Origin: Actinomycetes bacterium
GTDB taxonomy: Bacteria > Actinomycetota > Thermoleophilia > BMS3ABIN01
Assembly: GCA_021787475.1 (NCBI GenBank)
Contig: JAJYLW010000008.1
Span: forward strand, 3,638-67,637
Direction: 5' to 3'
DNA: 64,000 nucleotides
Of the stretch, positions 35,179-44,034 are shown piece after piece. A model generated the notes under the pieces. It saw only the letters and a program-made list of their open reading frames with translations, made no database searches and was not told the origin of the DNA. Positions within the stretch are counted from its first letter, which is position 1, and each line of letters starts with the position of its first letter. The translations under genes were made by a program, and so were the position numbers.

Positions 35179-35781
35179 TCATTCATGCTGAGCGGCCTTC
35201 CAAATGGCGTCACGCAGCCCGTCGTAAGCGACCGGCTCGTCATGCAGGTCCCGAAGTGATTTAAGAGAGATCGAATGTTGACTGCGTTCTCGGCGATTTA
35301 GCAGAACAGTTGGAACTACATAGAATTCCCATTGCGGAACGTCGAGCGGATCGAGCGCCGTCTGATCTTTACATGCGAGTAGCGCGAAGACGTAAACCTT
35401 AGCTTGGCGTCGCTTTTCAGTACCCAATCGATTCGTCTCCGGATCCCATGCGAGCGTTTTCGGACAGTTGAATATGATCGAGGAAAGCCTTTCTTGCTTC
35501 CAGCTTTGAATATATGCCGCTGATTTGACCTCAATGGATATTCCGCGTGGATCCTCAAGGTCATAAGGCGCCCACTCGTCGCGAACACCATCGGCAGCAC
35601 CGATGGCGTTTGCAATCAGGTGCTCCGCCAAGACACCACGAGTCGCGTTACTTACAATATCAGAAGCACTCCAACGCCAGAAGCTGAGAATGTCGAAGTC
35701 GAGTTCACGATTACCACTGTGAAATAGCTCGCTCCCGGTTTTCCTCTCCGGATGTATTCGCCCAAGATCAGTCACTTGCAA
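35179..35781 (-). CDS. hypothetical protein with a PD-(D/E)xK-like motif, in the low-GC islet
   Basis: 200 aa. ...YDLEDPRGISIEVKSAAY... fits the D-x(n)-E-x-K nuclease-fold signature. Lower GC than surroundings. Confidence 0.55.
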   Translation of the reverse strand: MQVTDLGRIHPERKTGSELFHSGNRELDFDILSFWRWSASDIVSNATRGVLAEHLIANAIGAADGVRDEWAPYDLEDPRGISIEVKSAAYIQSWKQERLSSIIFNCPKTLAWDPETNRLGTEKRRQAKVYVFALLACKDQTALDPLDVPQWEFYVVPTVLLNRRERSQHSISLKSLRDLHDEPVAYDGLRDAIWKAAQHE

Positions 35782-35790
35782 TCCCCGCCA

Positions 35791-36135
35791 CTACCCAAAG
35801 AAGTAACAATACGGATCATTGTCAACCTCTTCTACCAGCTCTTTGAGGTCCCGGCTGGACGGCGATAGGTCATAGCAATGCCATTTTAGATCTCGACGTT
35901 GCCAGTAAAGTCTCCACTCATTTTTCGTTCGCACGTATTTGAGCTTGGCCACCGGAATTTCGATAGTTATGCGAGGGTCTTGCCAATCAGGGCGCTTCTC
36001 GAGAATCGTCACATCATGCCCTTTAACCCGATAAATCAATTCGAGTTCATTCCTGATATGAGCAGGGATGCGCTCCTGGCACATACCGCCAACCAGTTTA
36101 TCGATCTTTTTGAGTTCTAATTCGCTGAATGCCAT
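35791..36135 (-). CDS. DUF3024-like small protein
   Basis: 114 aa. MAFSELELKKIDK...WRLYWQRRDLKWHCYDL...DNDPYCYFFG. I recall this pattern from the DUF3024 family, from memory only. 9 nt upstream of the previous gene. Confidence 0.55.
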   Translation of the reverse strand: MAFSELELKKIDKLVGGMCQERIPAHIRNELELIYRVKGHDVTILEKRPDWQDPRITIEIPVAKLKYVRTKNEWRLYWQRRDLKWHCYDLSPSSRDLKELVEEVDNDPYCYFFG

Positions 36136-36165
36136 TCGACTATTCCTCCTGGTTGCATCATATAT

Positions 36166-37707
36166 TTATCTATGACGATTTTTCCCAGGACTCTGACTTG
36201 CGTCTTTCAATATTGACAGGATAAATTCTCCAAATGGTAGGATGCCTTCTTCCAGCTGGGCCTTCGCCAATGCTTCGAAATACTCGCCCCGCTGTTCATT
36301 CTTGATGGTCACCCAGGAATAACCTGCAGATATCAGGAAGTAATTCATTAGTAGCCTTCCTGTCCTGCCATTCCCGTCCAGATAGGGATGAATCGTGACA
36401 AAGAAGTAGTGCGCCAGGATCGCTCTCACAACTGGATTCTTGACGTCATTTACAATCTTCACGAAGCTCGCCATAAGCTCTGGTAGCTTTTCGTATGAAG
36501 GCGGCGCATAACGCGTTCCCCGAATATAGACAGGCATACTCCGATATGTTGTCAGGCTGTAGTAATCAACTAAACCTGCATCAGTTGAAGGCTTGAAAAG
36601 ATTGGAATAGGTATCTTTGATGTGATTTTCAGTCAGGTGAGGCCTTTCGAAATCTTTCTTCGCCCTGGCCAATATGAAATCAAATGCTTCCGAATAGCCA
36701 ACGATCGCCATCCGATTTTTAAGCTGCTCAATATCATCGGCGCCTTCGCCTTTTTCATCCTTGGGAGTACGGCCTGAAAGGAGTACATCAACATCTCCCG
36801 GTGTGATTCTGTATCCCTCCAGAGATGTGGAATGATATGTGTCATATTTCTTGTGATCTCTGGCTTGTTTTAGAAGCTCGGAAAGCGGATGCTTTTCTAT
36901 TCGCGCGATCTTCGCCTTCAGCCCTTTGTTGAGAGCATCTTCAAGCTCTTTTGCCTCCTGCTCTTGCCTGATGACCCACGGCGGTGACAACACCGAAGGT
37001 TTTTCAGGTGCAGCCTTGGCTTCTTTTTTTTGTTTTTTGACAACCTGATAATGTGTGTATTCTTTAATTATTTCTTTCAGGTTTTCTGCCAGGTCTGGCC
37101 GTTTGGCCTGCACGGCTAGCTCGATAAGCCGTTTGAAAATAATCGGCTTGGGACTGGTGGCATATATCGCTGCCAGCATTCTTCTGTCAAAATCGGTGCC
37201 GGCAATAAAACTGCTAACTTCCTTCAGTGGAAATTTATTGACATCGACCAGCACCAGTTCAGGAACAGCGACCGGAATCTGCCGACCAGCTATATCCTGT
37301 CTTCTAATCAGTCGATCATCGAAATGAGGATCGTGCCTGAGCTCGATCTCAAAATCCAATGGCAGGGAAATTGTTCTGTTGGTTTTATCTTTTGTCTTCA
37401 CGGTCAGTCGTTTCTGAGCTGCCTGGTTCCCGACATATACCGAAAGGGCGGACTCTCCCCGCAGTGACCACTTGTGACGCGCAAGGATTTGTTCTATCGA
37501 CTGCCAGTAAAGCAGCGGAAACACTTCCTCGATTTCATCTTCGGGCTTCTTAAGTATCCAGCAACCCCGCGACACCTTGAATAGCAGCCTCCGCTTCCTG
37601 AGATAATCGCGTTGCCTTTGGTCCGGGATCTCTCCAGAAGAAACCACGTATTTATGTTGCTTTGTCTTTTCGGCCCACCATTTCATGGCCTTTTCCTGCA
37701 AAGTCAT
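36166..37707 (-). CDS. Fic/DOC family protein (putative AMPylase or toxin)
   Basis: 513 aa. Core Fic motif HPYLDGNGRTGRLLMNYFL (HxFx(D/E)GNGRxxR). Large N-terminal domain. Low GC. Confidence 0.85.
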   Translation of the reverse strand: MTLQEKAMKWWAEKTKQHKYVVSSGEIPDQRQRDYLRKRRLLFKVSRGCWILKKPEDEIEEVFPLLYWQSIEQILARHKWSLRGESALSVYVGNQAAQKRLTVKTKDKTNRTISLPLDFEIELRHDPHFDDRLIRRQDIAGRQIPVAVPELVLVDVNKFPLKEVSSFIAGTDFDRRMLAAIYATSPKPIIFKRLIELAVQAKRPDLAENLKEIIKEYTHYQVVKKQKKEAKAAPEKPSVLSPPWVIRQEQEAKELEDALNKGLKAKIARIEKHPLSELLKQARDHKKYDTYHSTSLEGYRITPGDVDVLLSGRTPKDEKGEGADDIEQLKNRMAIVGYSEAFDFILARAKKDFERPHLTENHIKDTYSNLFKPSTDAGLVDYYSLTTYRSMPVYIRGTRYAPPSYEKLPELMASFVKIVNDVKNPVVRAILAHYFFVTIHPYLDGNGRTGRLLMNYFLISAGYSWVTIKNEQRGEYFEALAKAQLEEGILPFGEFILSILKDASQSPGKNRHR

Positions 37708-37715
37708 TTCAAATA

Positions 37716-37797
37716 TTCCTAGCGAATAAATTTCAATATTTTATAGCGGAAAATGTTCAATAATTCTTAGCGGTAACTATACAATATTTTATAGCGT
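37716..37797. repeat. two tandem ~34-bp direct repeats, 48-bp period, immediately upstream of fic
   Basis: 37716..37749 TTCCTAGCGAATAAATTTCAATATTTTATAGCGG and 37764..37797 TTCTTAGCGGTAACTATACAATATTTTATAGCGT. On the fic strand each carries TATAAAAT. Confidence 0.7.
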
Positions 37798-38035
37798 GAA
37801 AAAATATTTGCAAGTGTTTTTTCTGTGGAAAAATGAAAGGAGGGTGTTCCTATAAAAATAGATCGATCGGTCTAAAAATATAGGAATAGCGACAGAATTC
37901 TAAGGTGAAAAGCGGATAGTGAAAAAGAGTCGTTTTGCAGGCAATTTGTGCTCAGAGGTTCGAGTCCTGTCAGGGGGTTACGATATTGGCAAACAAAAAA
38001 TGCCTTCATAGCAGGCATTTTTGAAGTTCAAATCT

Positions 38036-38112
38036 TGGTAGCGGTGGCAGGACTCGAACCTGCGACACGCGGATTATGATTCCGCTGCTCTGACCAACTG
38101 AGCTACACCGCC
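38036..38112 (-). tRNA. tRNA-Met (anticodon CAT; elongator or Ile2-lysidine type, not initiator)
   Basis: Cloverleaf with anticodon loop ATCATAA. Lacks the 3xGC anticodon stem of initiator tRNA. G1-U72 paired. CCA encoded. Confidence 0.85.
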
Positions 38113-38209
38113 GCAAAACGGATACCGGATGCTGGATCCTGGACTCTGAAAAAAATCCAACATAATCTTCGCTGCCACTTCAAGCCCAGTCCATCATCCC
38201 CACCAAATA

Positions 38210-38285
38210 TGGAGCCCGGTTACGGACTTGAACCGTAGACCCCCTCCTTACCATGGAGGTGCTCTACCAGCTGAGCTAACCGGGC
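38210..38285 (-). tRNA. tRNA-Thr (anticodon GGT)
   Basis: GCCCGGTTAGCTCAGCTGGTAGAGCACCTCCATGGTAAGGAGGGGGTCTACGGTTCAAGTCCGTAACCGGGCTCCA. Confidence 0.9.
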
Positions 38286-38415
38286 ATAAAACAGATGGTG
38301 GATGTTGGATTATTGACGGTGGACAAAAGCGTTAAAACACCAAATAACTGCTCATTCCTCATCATTAACCACGATTTTCATGTCTACCATCTGCCATCCA
38401 CCATCTACTATCTGT

Positions 38416-38500
38416 TGGTGGAGGAGGCTGGATTCGAACCAGCGTAGGCTTCGCCAACGGATTTACAGTCCGCCCCCTTTAACCACTCGGGCACTCCTCC
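38416..38500 (-). tRNA. tRNA-Tyr (anticodon GTA), type II long variable arm
   Basis: GGAGGAGTGCCCGAGTGGTTAAAGGGGGCGGACTGTAAATCCGTTGGCGAAGCCTACGCTGGTTCGAATCCAGCCTCCTCCACCA. Confidence 0.9.
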
Positions 38501-38672
38501 ATTAACTGCTGCCGGATTCTGGATACTTGACGCTGGATAAAACAACGCCAGCAAGCAAAGCCCGACAGGCTGACCGGCTTGGTCTTGAAATACGGGCAAT
38601 TGCCTGAAAGTGCCCGTGGGGAAAAAATTATAACAAAAATGTTGGATTGCGGCGTTCCAATAGGATATATCT

Positions 38673-39644
38673 TTGAAAACGCAACGAATCGGAGGCGATG
38701 TGACTGCGGACCTTGACATCCGTGACTGGCAAGAGCTGCTGGCGGTCGCAGCTGCTGTCGAGCTCGGCATTTTCAAGGAACTGGGCCGGCGGCCTGTCAG
38801 CGCGCCGGAGCTGTCCCAGCGACTGGGATACGACACGCGTGCGACCGGAAACTTGCTGGCAGCGCTGGAAGACCTGGGTCATCTTGAACGCAACGGCGAC
38901 ATTTACAGCGTTTCCGGAAACACGAAAGCCCTTGTTGCCTGTGAAACCAGTAACAATTATGGATCATATCGAATTCTACATCAACGCAACCTTATTGAGC
39001 GTTGGCTGACGATTCCCGAGGTTGTCCGGAGCGGCAAGCAGGTGGCAAGACCATATACGCGCGAGCGGCGCGAGGTCTTTATTCGCTCCCTGGACGAGGT
39101 CGCAAGGGGGTCGGCAAAAAAAATCGCCGACCGGTGCCTCAAGCGTGCCCCAAACGCACAAAATATAATTGACATCGGCGGCGGTCCGGGAACTTACGCA
39201 CGGGAGTTTGCGCGGCACTGCTTAAGGGTCACAATTTTCGACTGCCCCGAAGTCGGCGAGATCATGAGCCCGCAGCTTGACCACATCAAGGAAATTGAAT
39301 TTATCAGCGGCGATTTTACGCGCGGGATCCCGCCTGGCCCTTTTGATCTGGCATTTATGGGAAACATCTTTCATATCTACGGGCCCGAGGAAAACCTGAC
39401 GTTGCTGCGCCGGGTGCGCCGGTCCCTTCGCCCTGGTGGTGTGGCTGCCATCCTTGATATGGTGCGGGGGTTAAGCGCGCGCGCTCCTCTTTTTGCGGTT
39501 ACGATGATGGTGAACACCGATACCGGCGGCACCTGGACTGAATCTGACTACCGGAGTTGGCTGGCCGACGCCGGCTTTGAAAATATCTCGATCGAGAACG
39601 TGCCTGAGCGGGGAAGCCAGCTTATCCTTGCGAACAGAAGCTAA
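38673..39644 (+). CDS. class I SAM-dependent O-methyltransferase (plant-type OMT / CrtF-like, with N-terminal dimerisation helix)
   Basis: 323 aa. Motif I IIDIGGGPGTYAREFA. N-terminal winged-helix ELGIFKEL. The start is uncertain between the TTG at 38673 and the GTG at 38700 with a GGAGG SD. Confidence 0.8.
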   Translation: MKTQRIGGDVTADLDIRDWQELLAVAAAVELGIFKELGRRPVSAPELSQRLGYDTRATGNLLAALEDLGHLERNGDIYSVSGNTKALVACETSNNYGSYRILHQRNLIERWLTIPEVVRSGKQVARPYTRERREVFIRSLDEVARGSAKKIADRCLKRAPNAQNIIDIGGGPGTYAREFARHCLRVTIFDCPEVGEIMSPQLDHIKEIEFISGDFTRGIPPGPFDLAFMGNIFHIYGPEENLTLLRRVRRSLRPGGVAAILDMVRGLSARAPLFAVTMMVNTDTGGTWTESDYRSWLADAGFENISIENVPERGSQLILANRS

Positions 39645-39732
39645 GCTTTTTCAAAAAGCCGCACTCCTCCCCCTGCATGGGCGCCCCCGCAATGCCTTTT
39701 AAGAAATAGCCCTAACCTAGTACAATTTGTTT

Positions 39733-39993
39733 ATGATAATCATAATCCTTCTATGCTTGGGGGCAGCCGTCATCAATCTGCCGTTTGGGTATTACCGGGG
39801 CGGTGTGCCAAAGTTCTCGGTCAGATGGTTCCTGGCGGTGCACATGCCTGTTCCGCTCATTATCTTGATGCGGATTGGCAGTGGGCAGGGATGGACGCTC
39901 GTGCCGGCCATGTTTGCTTTTGATGTGCTGGGACAACTTATGGGAGGCCGGCTGCGCCCTGTTTTGAGGCTCGAGAATAACCGGAACAAATAA
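39733..39993 (+). CDS. small hypothetical membrane protein
   Basis: 86 aa. Two predicted TM helices (MIIIILLCLGAAVINLPF... and LAVHMPVPLIILMRIG). No homology call possible. Confidence 0.4.
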   Translation: MIIIILLCLGAAVINLPFGYYRGGVPKFSVRWFLAVHMPVPLIILMRIGSGQGWTLVPAMFAFDVLGQLMGGRLRPVLRLENNRNK

Positions 39994-40005
39994 AAATCAA
40001 AGAAG

Positions 40006-40158
40006 ATGAACATTAAAATCACAAACAAGCTGCGGCGTCTCTTCGGCGGCAAACCGATTCCGCTTTGTCCTTCATGCATGTACGACTGGCGCTCTGCCTG
40101 CCACAATCTCGACAGGCCCCGCGTCATCGAATGCGAGGAGTACAAAAAACGGTATTAA
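40006..40158 (+). CDS. small Cys-rich protein, putative zinc ribbon
   Basis: Hand translation gives MNIKITNKLRRLFGGKPIPLCPSCMYDWRSACHNLDRPRVIECEEYKKRY, 50 aa, with CPSC...C...C. Weak purine-rich SD. Not in the ORF track. Confidence 0.3.
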   Translation: MNIKITNKLRRLFGGKPIPLCPSCMYDWRSACHNLDRPRVIECEEYKKRY

Positions 40159-40370
40159 AATCATCGGGAAAGTCAAAAATTGTCTTTTGCCCAAAATGAT
40201 ACTTTCGCAGATGCAAAATACAACCAAAGTCTGATTTTCAGATTTTTTTCAAGCTGATAATATAAATTTTGGGGGCCCCCGAGGCGCCATATTTGATGTG
40301 CTTTACGATTTATGATAGAACTTAACTGCGCTTATTGCCAATGGCCGCCGCCTACCGGGGTTTCTTAGGA

Positions 40371-41903
40371 TTAAACTGCTCTCTTTGGCCCGTATCCGCC
40401 GCCTCCCGGAGTTTCAATCGTGACGACATCCCCCGCTGAGAGCGTCATGGATGTTTTTGCCGCAACTTCTTCGCCGTTCACGAGGTTTTTCCCGGGGAGT
40501 CCGGAAGCGCCGCCCGCCGCTCCCAACGGCCCGCGGCGGCGGCGATCGCCAAGCAGCGACAGCCGGGCCGGCTTAAGAACCCTTAGCGACCTGATCACGC
40601 CTTCGCCGCCGCGGTGCTTTCCTGCACCGCCGGAGCCGCGGCGAAGTTCATAACGCTCGATCCGGAAAGGAAAAGTCAGCTCCAGCGCCTCAACCGGCGT
40701 ATTGAGCGTATTTGTCATGCCGATATGTATGCCGCTGGCGCCGTCTGCTTCCCGGCATCCACCGGCGCCGCCGCCGATTGTCTCGTAATAGTTAAAGACA
40801 GCCTCTGCTTCCTCGCTGCCAAGGACAACATTGTTCATCGTCCCCTGACCTTGGGCCGGGAGTGGCAGCACCTTTGCGAAAGCCAGCGCAACCGCATCCG
40901 CGATTCGCTGCGACGTTTCAACGTTTCCCGCCGCCACGGCCGCCGGAGGCCGGGCATTTACCAGTGAACCAGCCGGCGCGGTTACGTGAACAGGTTTAAG
41001 CGCACCGGCGTTCGGCGGGATGTCCGGATCAGTGACAGCCCTTAAAACAAAATAACAGGCCGAGCGTGTCACCGCCATCGGGCAGTTGAGGTTTCCTTCT
41101 TCTTGTGGCGAGGTGCCTTTGAAATCGATCAGGATTTCCTCGCCGTTAATAACCAAGGCGACGGAAATTTTCAGATCGGCGCTGTCCCGCTCGAGGAAGT
41201 CCTTGGCCCGGTAAACCCCATCCGGCAGGGCTGCAATCGCCGCCCGCATTCGCCGCTCGGAGTAAGCAGTTGCAGCTGTCATCGCTGCCAGGACCATATC
41301 GACACCCTTCCGGTCGATCAACTCCCGCAGCCTTCGTCCCGCTATCCGGCAGGCTCCCATTTGCGCCATTAGATCACCGCGGCGCTCTTGGGGCCGCCGC
41401 ATGCCGCTCAGCAACGAGCCAAGCAGGTCTTCCCGCAACCGGCCGGCCGCCGCCAGCCGCAAAGGCGGAATTACCACCCCTTCCTCAGAAAGGCGGACCG
41501 AAGCGGCCGGCATGCTGCCTGGCTCAATCCCGCCGACGTCGGCATGGTGAGCGCGGTTGGCAATGTAGGCAATTATTCTTCCGCCGGCCGCGACGGGAGC
41601 CACCATTGTGATATCAGGCAAATGCGTGCCGCCGCGGAAGGGATCATTAAGAATAAAGACATCGCCCGCGGCCGGCTTCTCCGGAAGCACTGCCGCAACC
41701 GCATCCGGCATTGCGCCCAGATGCACAGGAATATGCTCTGCCTGGGCGATCATTTCTCCCTGTGCGTCAAAGAGAGCCGCGGAGCAATCGCGTCTCTCCT
41801 TGATATTGGTTGAATAAGAAGCGCGGATGAGAGCGGCTCCCATCTCCTCGCAGATCGAGCGGAAGGCTGCGCTTACAACCTGCAGTGAGATCTGGTCAAT
41901 CAA
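40371..41903 (-). CDS. hyuB: hydantoinase B / 5-oxoprolinase family protein
   Basis: 510 aa. Hydantoinase_B signatures (...FILNDPFRGGTHLPDITMVAPV...). Confidence 0.9.
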   Translation of the reverse strand: MIDQISLQVVSAAFRSICEEMGAALIRASYSTNIKERRDCSAALFDAQGEMIAQAEHIPVHLGAMPDAVAAVLPEKPAAGDVFILNDPFRGGTHLPDITMVAPVAAGGRIIAYIANRAHHADVGGIEPGSMPAASVRLSEEGVVIPPLRLAAAGRLREDLLGSLLSGMRRPQERRGDLMAQMGACRIAGRRLRELIDRKGVDMVLAAMTAATAYSERRMRAAIAALPDGVYRAKDFLERDSADLKISVALVINGEEILIDFKGTSPQEEGNLNCPMAVTRSACYFVLRAVTDPDIPPNAGALKPVHVTAPAGSLVNARPPAAVAAGNVETSQRIADAVALAFAKVLPLPAQGQGTMNNVVLGSEEAEAVFNYYETIGGGAGGCREADGASGIHIGMTNTLNTPVEALELTFPFRIERYELRRGSGGAGKHRGGEGVIRSLRVLKPARLSLLGDRRRRGPLGAAGGASGLPGKNLVNGEEVAAKTSMTLSAGDVVTIETPGGGGYGPKRAV

Positions 41904-41972
41904 GGCTCAATTCCAGGGCGTAACGCGACTTCGGACCTCGAAAGCCACATCGGGCCAATGGCCGGTTCCATT

Positions 41973-44033
41973 TCAGCAAGCCTCCAGCCACAAATTATAA
42001 GCGTTATCAATAAACGCAGCCCAGCGGGGGGGTACCACCGTAGTTGCCTCATCTTCCTCGATCACCGCCGGGCCGGGGATGCGCCGCTCGCCGATCCTGT
42101 CCCGCCGCCAGACCTGCGCCGTCTGCCAGCTGCCATCAAAAAACGCGAGCCGCTCGCCCGCAGGCACTGATCGCACGTGCGCGGCTGTCTTTTTCCGGCG
42201 TGTCCCGGCCGTATTTCCGCGCAGGCTGTCCATTGCAATGATCGCCGCCAGGCGCACGTTTACAAGCTCCGCCGCCCTCCCCGGGAAACTGAAGCCGTAG
42301 GCATTTTCATGCGCCCGCTCAAACGCAGCGTAAAGGCGGGCGGCGTTGTAAGGCAGATCTACCTTGACCGTCAGCTCGTGTGACTGGCCTTTGTATCTCA
42401 AATCAGCGTGCCTCACAAAATAGGCACCGACCATATAAGCAGCAGCCGCGTCTTCTTCAAGCTTCGCAAATGCTTCCTTCAGCGTCTGCTCACTCCAGCC
42501 TCTGGGGTCAAGGACAGTCAGCACCCAGTTGCGCCGCCGGTCGCCGGCAACCATGCCCAGCGCGGAAAGGACGCCACAGCTTGCGGGCACTAGCACTTTG
42601 CTCATCCCCAACTCCGCAGCCAGACTGGCGCCGTGCATCGGGCCCGCGCCGCCGAAGGCCACGAGGACAAACCGGCGGGGGTCATGGCCCCGCTCGACGC
42701 TGATTACCCTGAGAGCCTTGACCATCTCGGCGTCCGCCACTTTCTTCATCCCCAGAGCGGCTTCTTCCAATCCGGCTCCAATCTCGGATGCGAGCCGTTT
42801 AATAGCGCTTGCCGCCAGGCCACGATCGAGACGGACTCCGCCGCTGCCGCCAAGGGTATCGCCCAGATAGCCAAGGTAAAGATTGGCGTCCGTGGCAGTT
42901 GCGCTGGTGCCGCCGCGGCCATAGCAGGCAGGCCCGGGATGGGCGCCCGCGCTCTCGGGGCCAACCACAAGGGCGCCGCCGGCGTCGACCCGGCCAATCG
43001 AGCCGCCGCCGGCGCCGATCGTGTGGACATCCACCATTGGGAGCGCCACCGGAAAGCCGCCAACCTGGCGTCCGTCAGTCAGGTCTGCCGACCCGTGACG
43101 GATGAGCGTCACATCCGTGCTGGTGCCTCCCATATCAAAAGCAATCACATTGTCAACAGAGCTCTTGGCGGCGGCAAAAACCGCTCCCACCACCCCTGCC
43201 GCCGGCCCCGAGAGCAAAAGCGGGGCGGCGCTGCCGGAGGCCTCACGGAGAGGAAGCACGCCGCCGCTCGACTGCATGATGGCCGGCTCAGGCAGGCCGG
43301 CCTTTTTGCTTCGCCGGGCCAGCTTCTTCAGATAGCGGCCAACCACCGGCGTTAAATACGCGTCCACCGCGGTCGTGCTGAACCGCTCGTATTCCCGGAA
43401 CTTGGGCAGAATCCGGCTGGAAAGGGAGACATGCGCCCCGGGCAACTCCCGCCTGAGCAGACTGCCCAAGGCCTGCTCATGGGACGGATCCAGAAAGGAG
43501 AAAAGCAGGCAGACAGCAACGGCCTCGGGCTTAAGTTTTTTAAGCTCGGCTGCCACCTGCTCCATTTCCTGCCGCGAGAGCGGCATTTCAACGCCATCCG
43601 GCCCCACCCGCTCGTCGACTGTCAATCGCATCTCTCTGTCTACAAGCGGCGGCGGCCGCCGGGGGCAGAGGTCATACAGGCGGGGGCGGTTCTGGCGGCC
43701 GATCTCGAGAATGTCGCGAAAACCGGCTGTGGCTACCGCTGCCGTGCGCGCTCCTCTACGCTCAAGCAGGGCATTGGTGGCAATGGTCATGCCGTGCGCA
43801 AACCAGTCAACTTTGCCCGCAGCGGCGCCGGCCTGCTCAAGCACCAAACGGGTGGCGGCAATCACGCCTTCCGACTGATCCGCGGTGGTTGGAAGCTTGG
43901 CGCGAAAAATCCGGCCGCCGGTCAGCAGGACCGCGTCAGTGAAGGTGCCGCCAACATCAACGCCAAGCAGGACCGCAGCGGCGGATTTCGCATGCGACTT
44001 TTCATTCCGGCATTTCCCATTGCCCCACCCCAA
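41973..44033 (-). CDS. hyuA: hydantoinase A / 5-oxoprolinase family protein
   Basis: 686 aa. LLGVDVGGTFTDAVLL ASKHA-fold N-terminus. The true start is probably a little downstream of the ORF start. Confidence 0.9.
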   Translation of the reverse strand: MGWGNGKCRNEKSHAKSAAAVLLGVDVGGTFTDAVLLTGGRIFRAKLPTTADQSEGVIAATRLVLEQAGAAAGKVDWFAHGMTIATNALLERRGARTAAVATAGFRDILEIGRQNRPRLYDLCPRRPPPLVDREMRLTVDERVGPDGVEMPLSRQEMEQVAAELKKLKPEAVAVCLLFSFLDPSHEQALGSLLRRELPGAHVSLSSRILPKFREYERFSTTAVDAYLTPVVGRYLKKLARRSKKAGLPEPAIMQSSGGVLPLREASGSAAPLLLSGPAAGVVGAVFAAAKSSVDNVIAFDMGGTSTDVTLIRHGSADLTDGRQVGGFPVALPMVDVHTIGAGGGSIGRVDAGGALVVGPESAGAHPGPACYGRGGTSATATDANLYLGYLGDTLGGSGGVRLDRGLAASAIKRLASEIGAGLEEAALGMKKVADAEMVKALRVISVERGHDPRRFVLVAFGGAGPMHGASLAAELGMSKVLVPASCGVLSALGMVAGDRRRNWVLTVLDPRGWSEQTLKEAFAKLEEDAAAAYMVGAYFVRHADLRYKGQSHELTVKVDLPYNAARLYAAFERAHENAYGFSFPGRAAELVNVRLAAIIAMDSLRGNTAGTRRKKTAAHVRSVPAGERLAFFDGSWQTAQVWRRDRIGERRIPGPAVIEEDEATTVVPPRWAAFIDNAYNLWLEAC

Positions 44034-44034
44034 G

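Noticed and set aside
38036-38500. Possibility that the three clustered tRNAs are part of an rRNA operon or carry a mobile-element att site with an integrase
   Set aside because: No rRNA sequence and no integrase or recombinase ORF is present anywhere in 34.7-38.6 kb. The islet contains only the three small genes, so a classical integrative element cannot be claimed.
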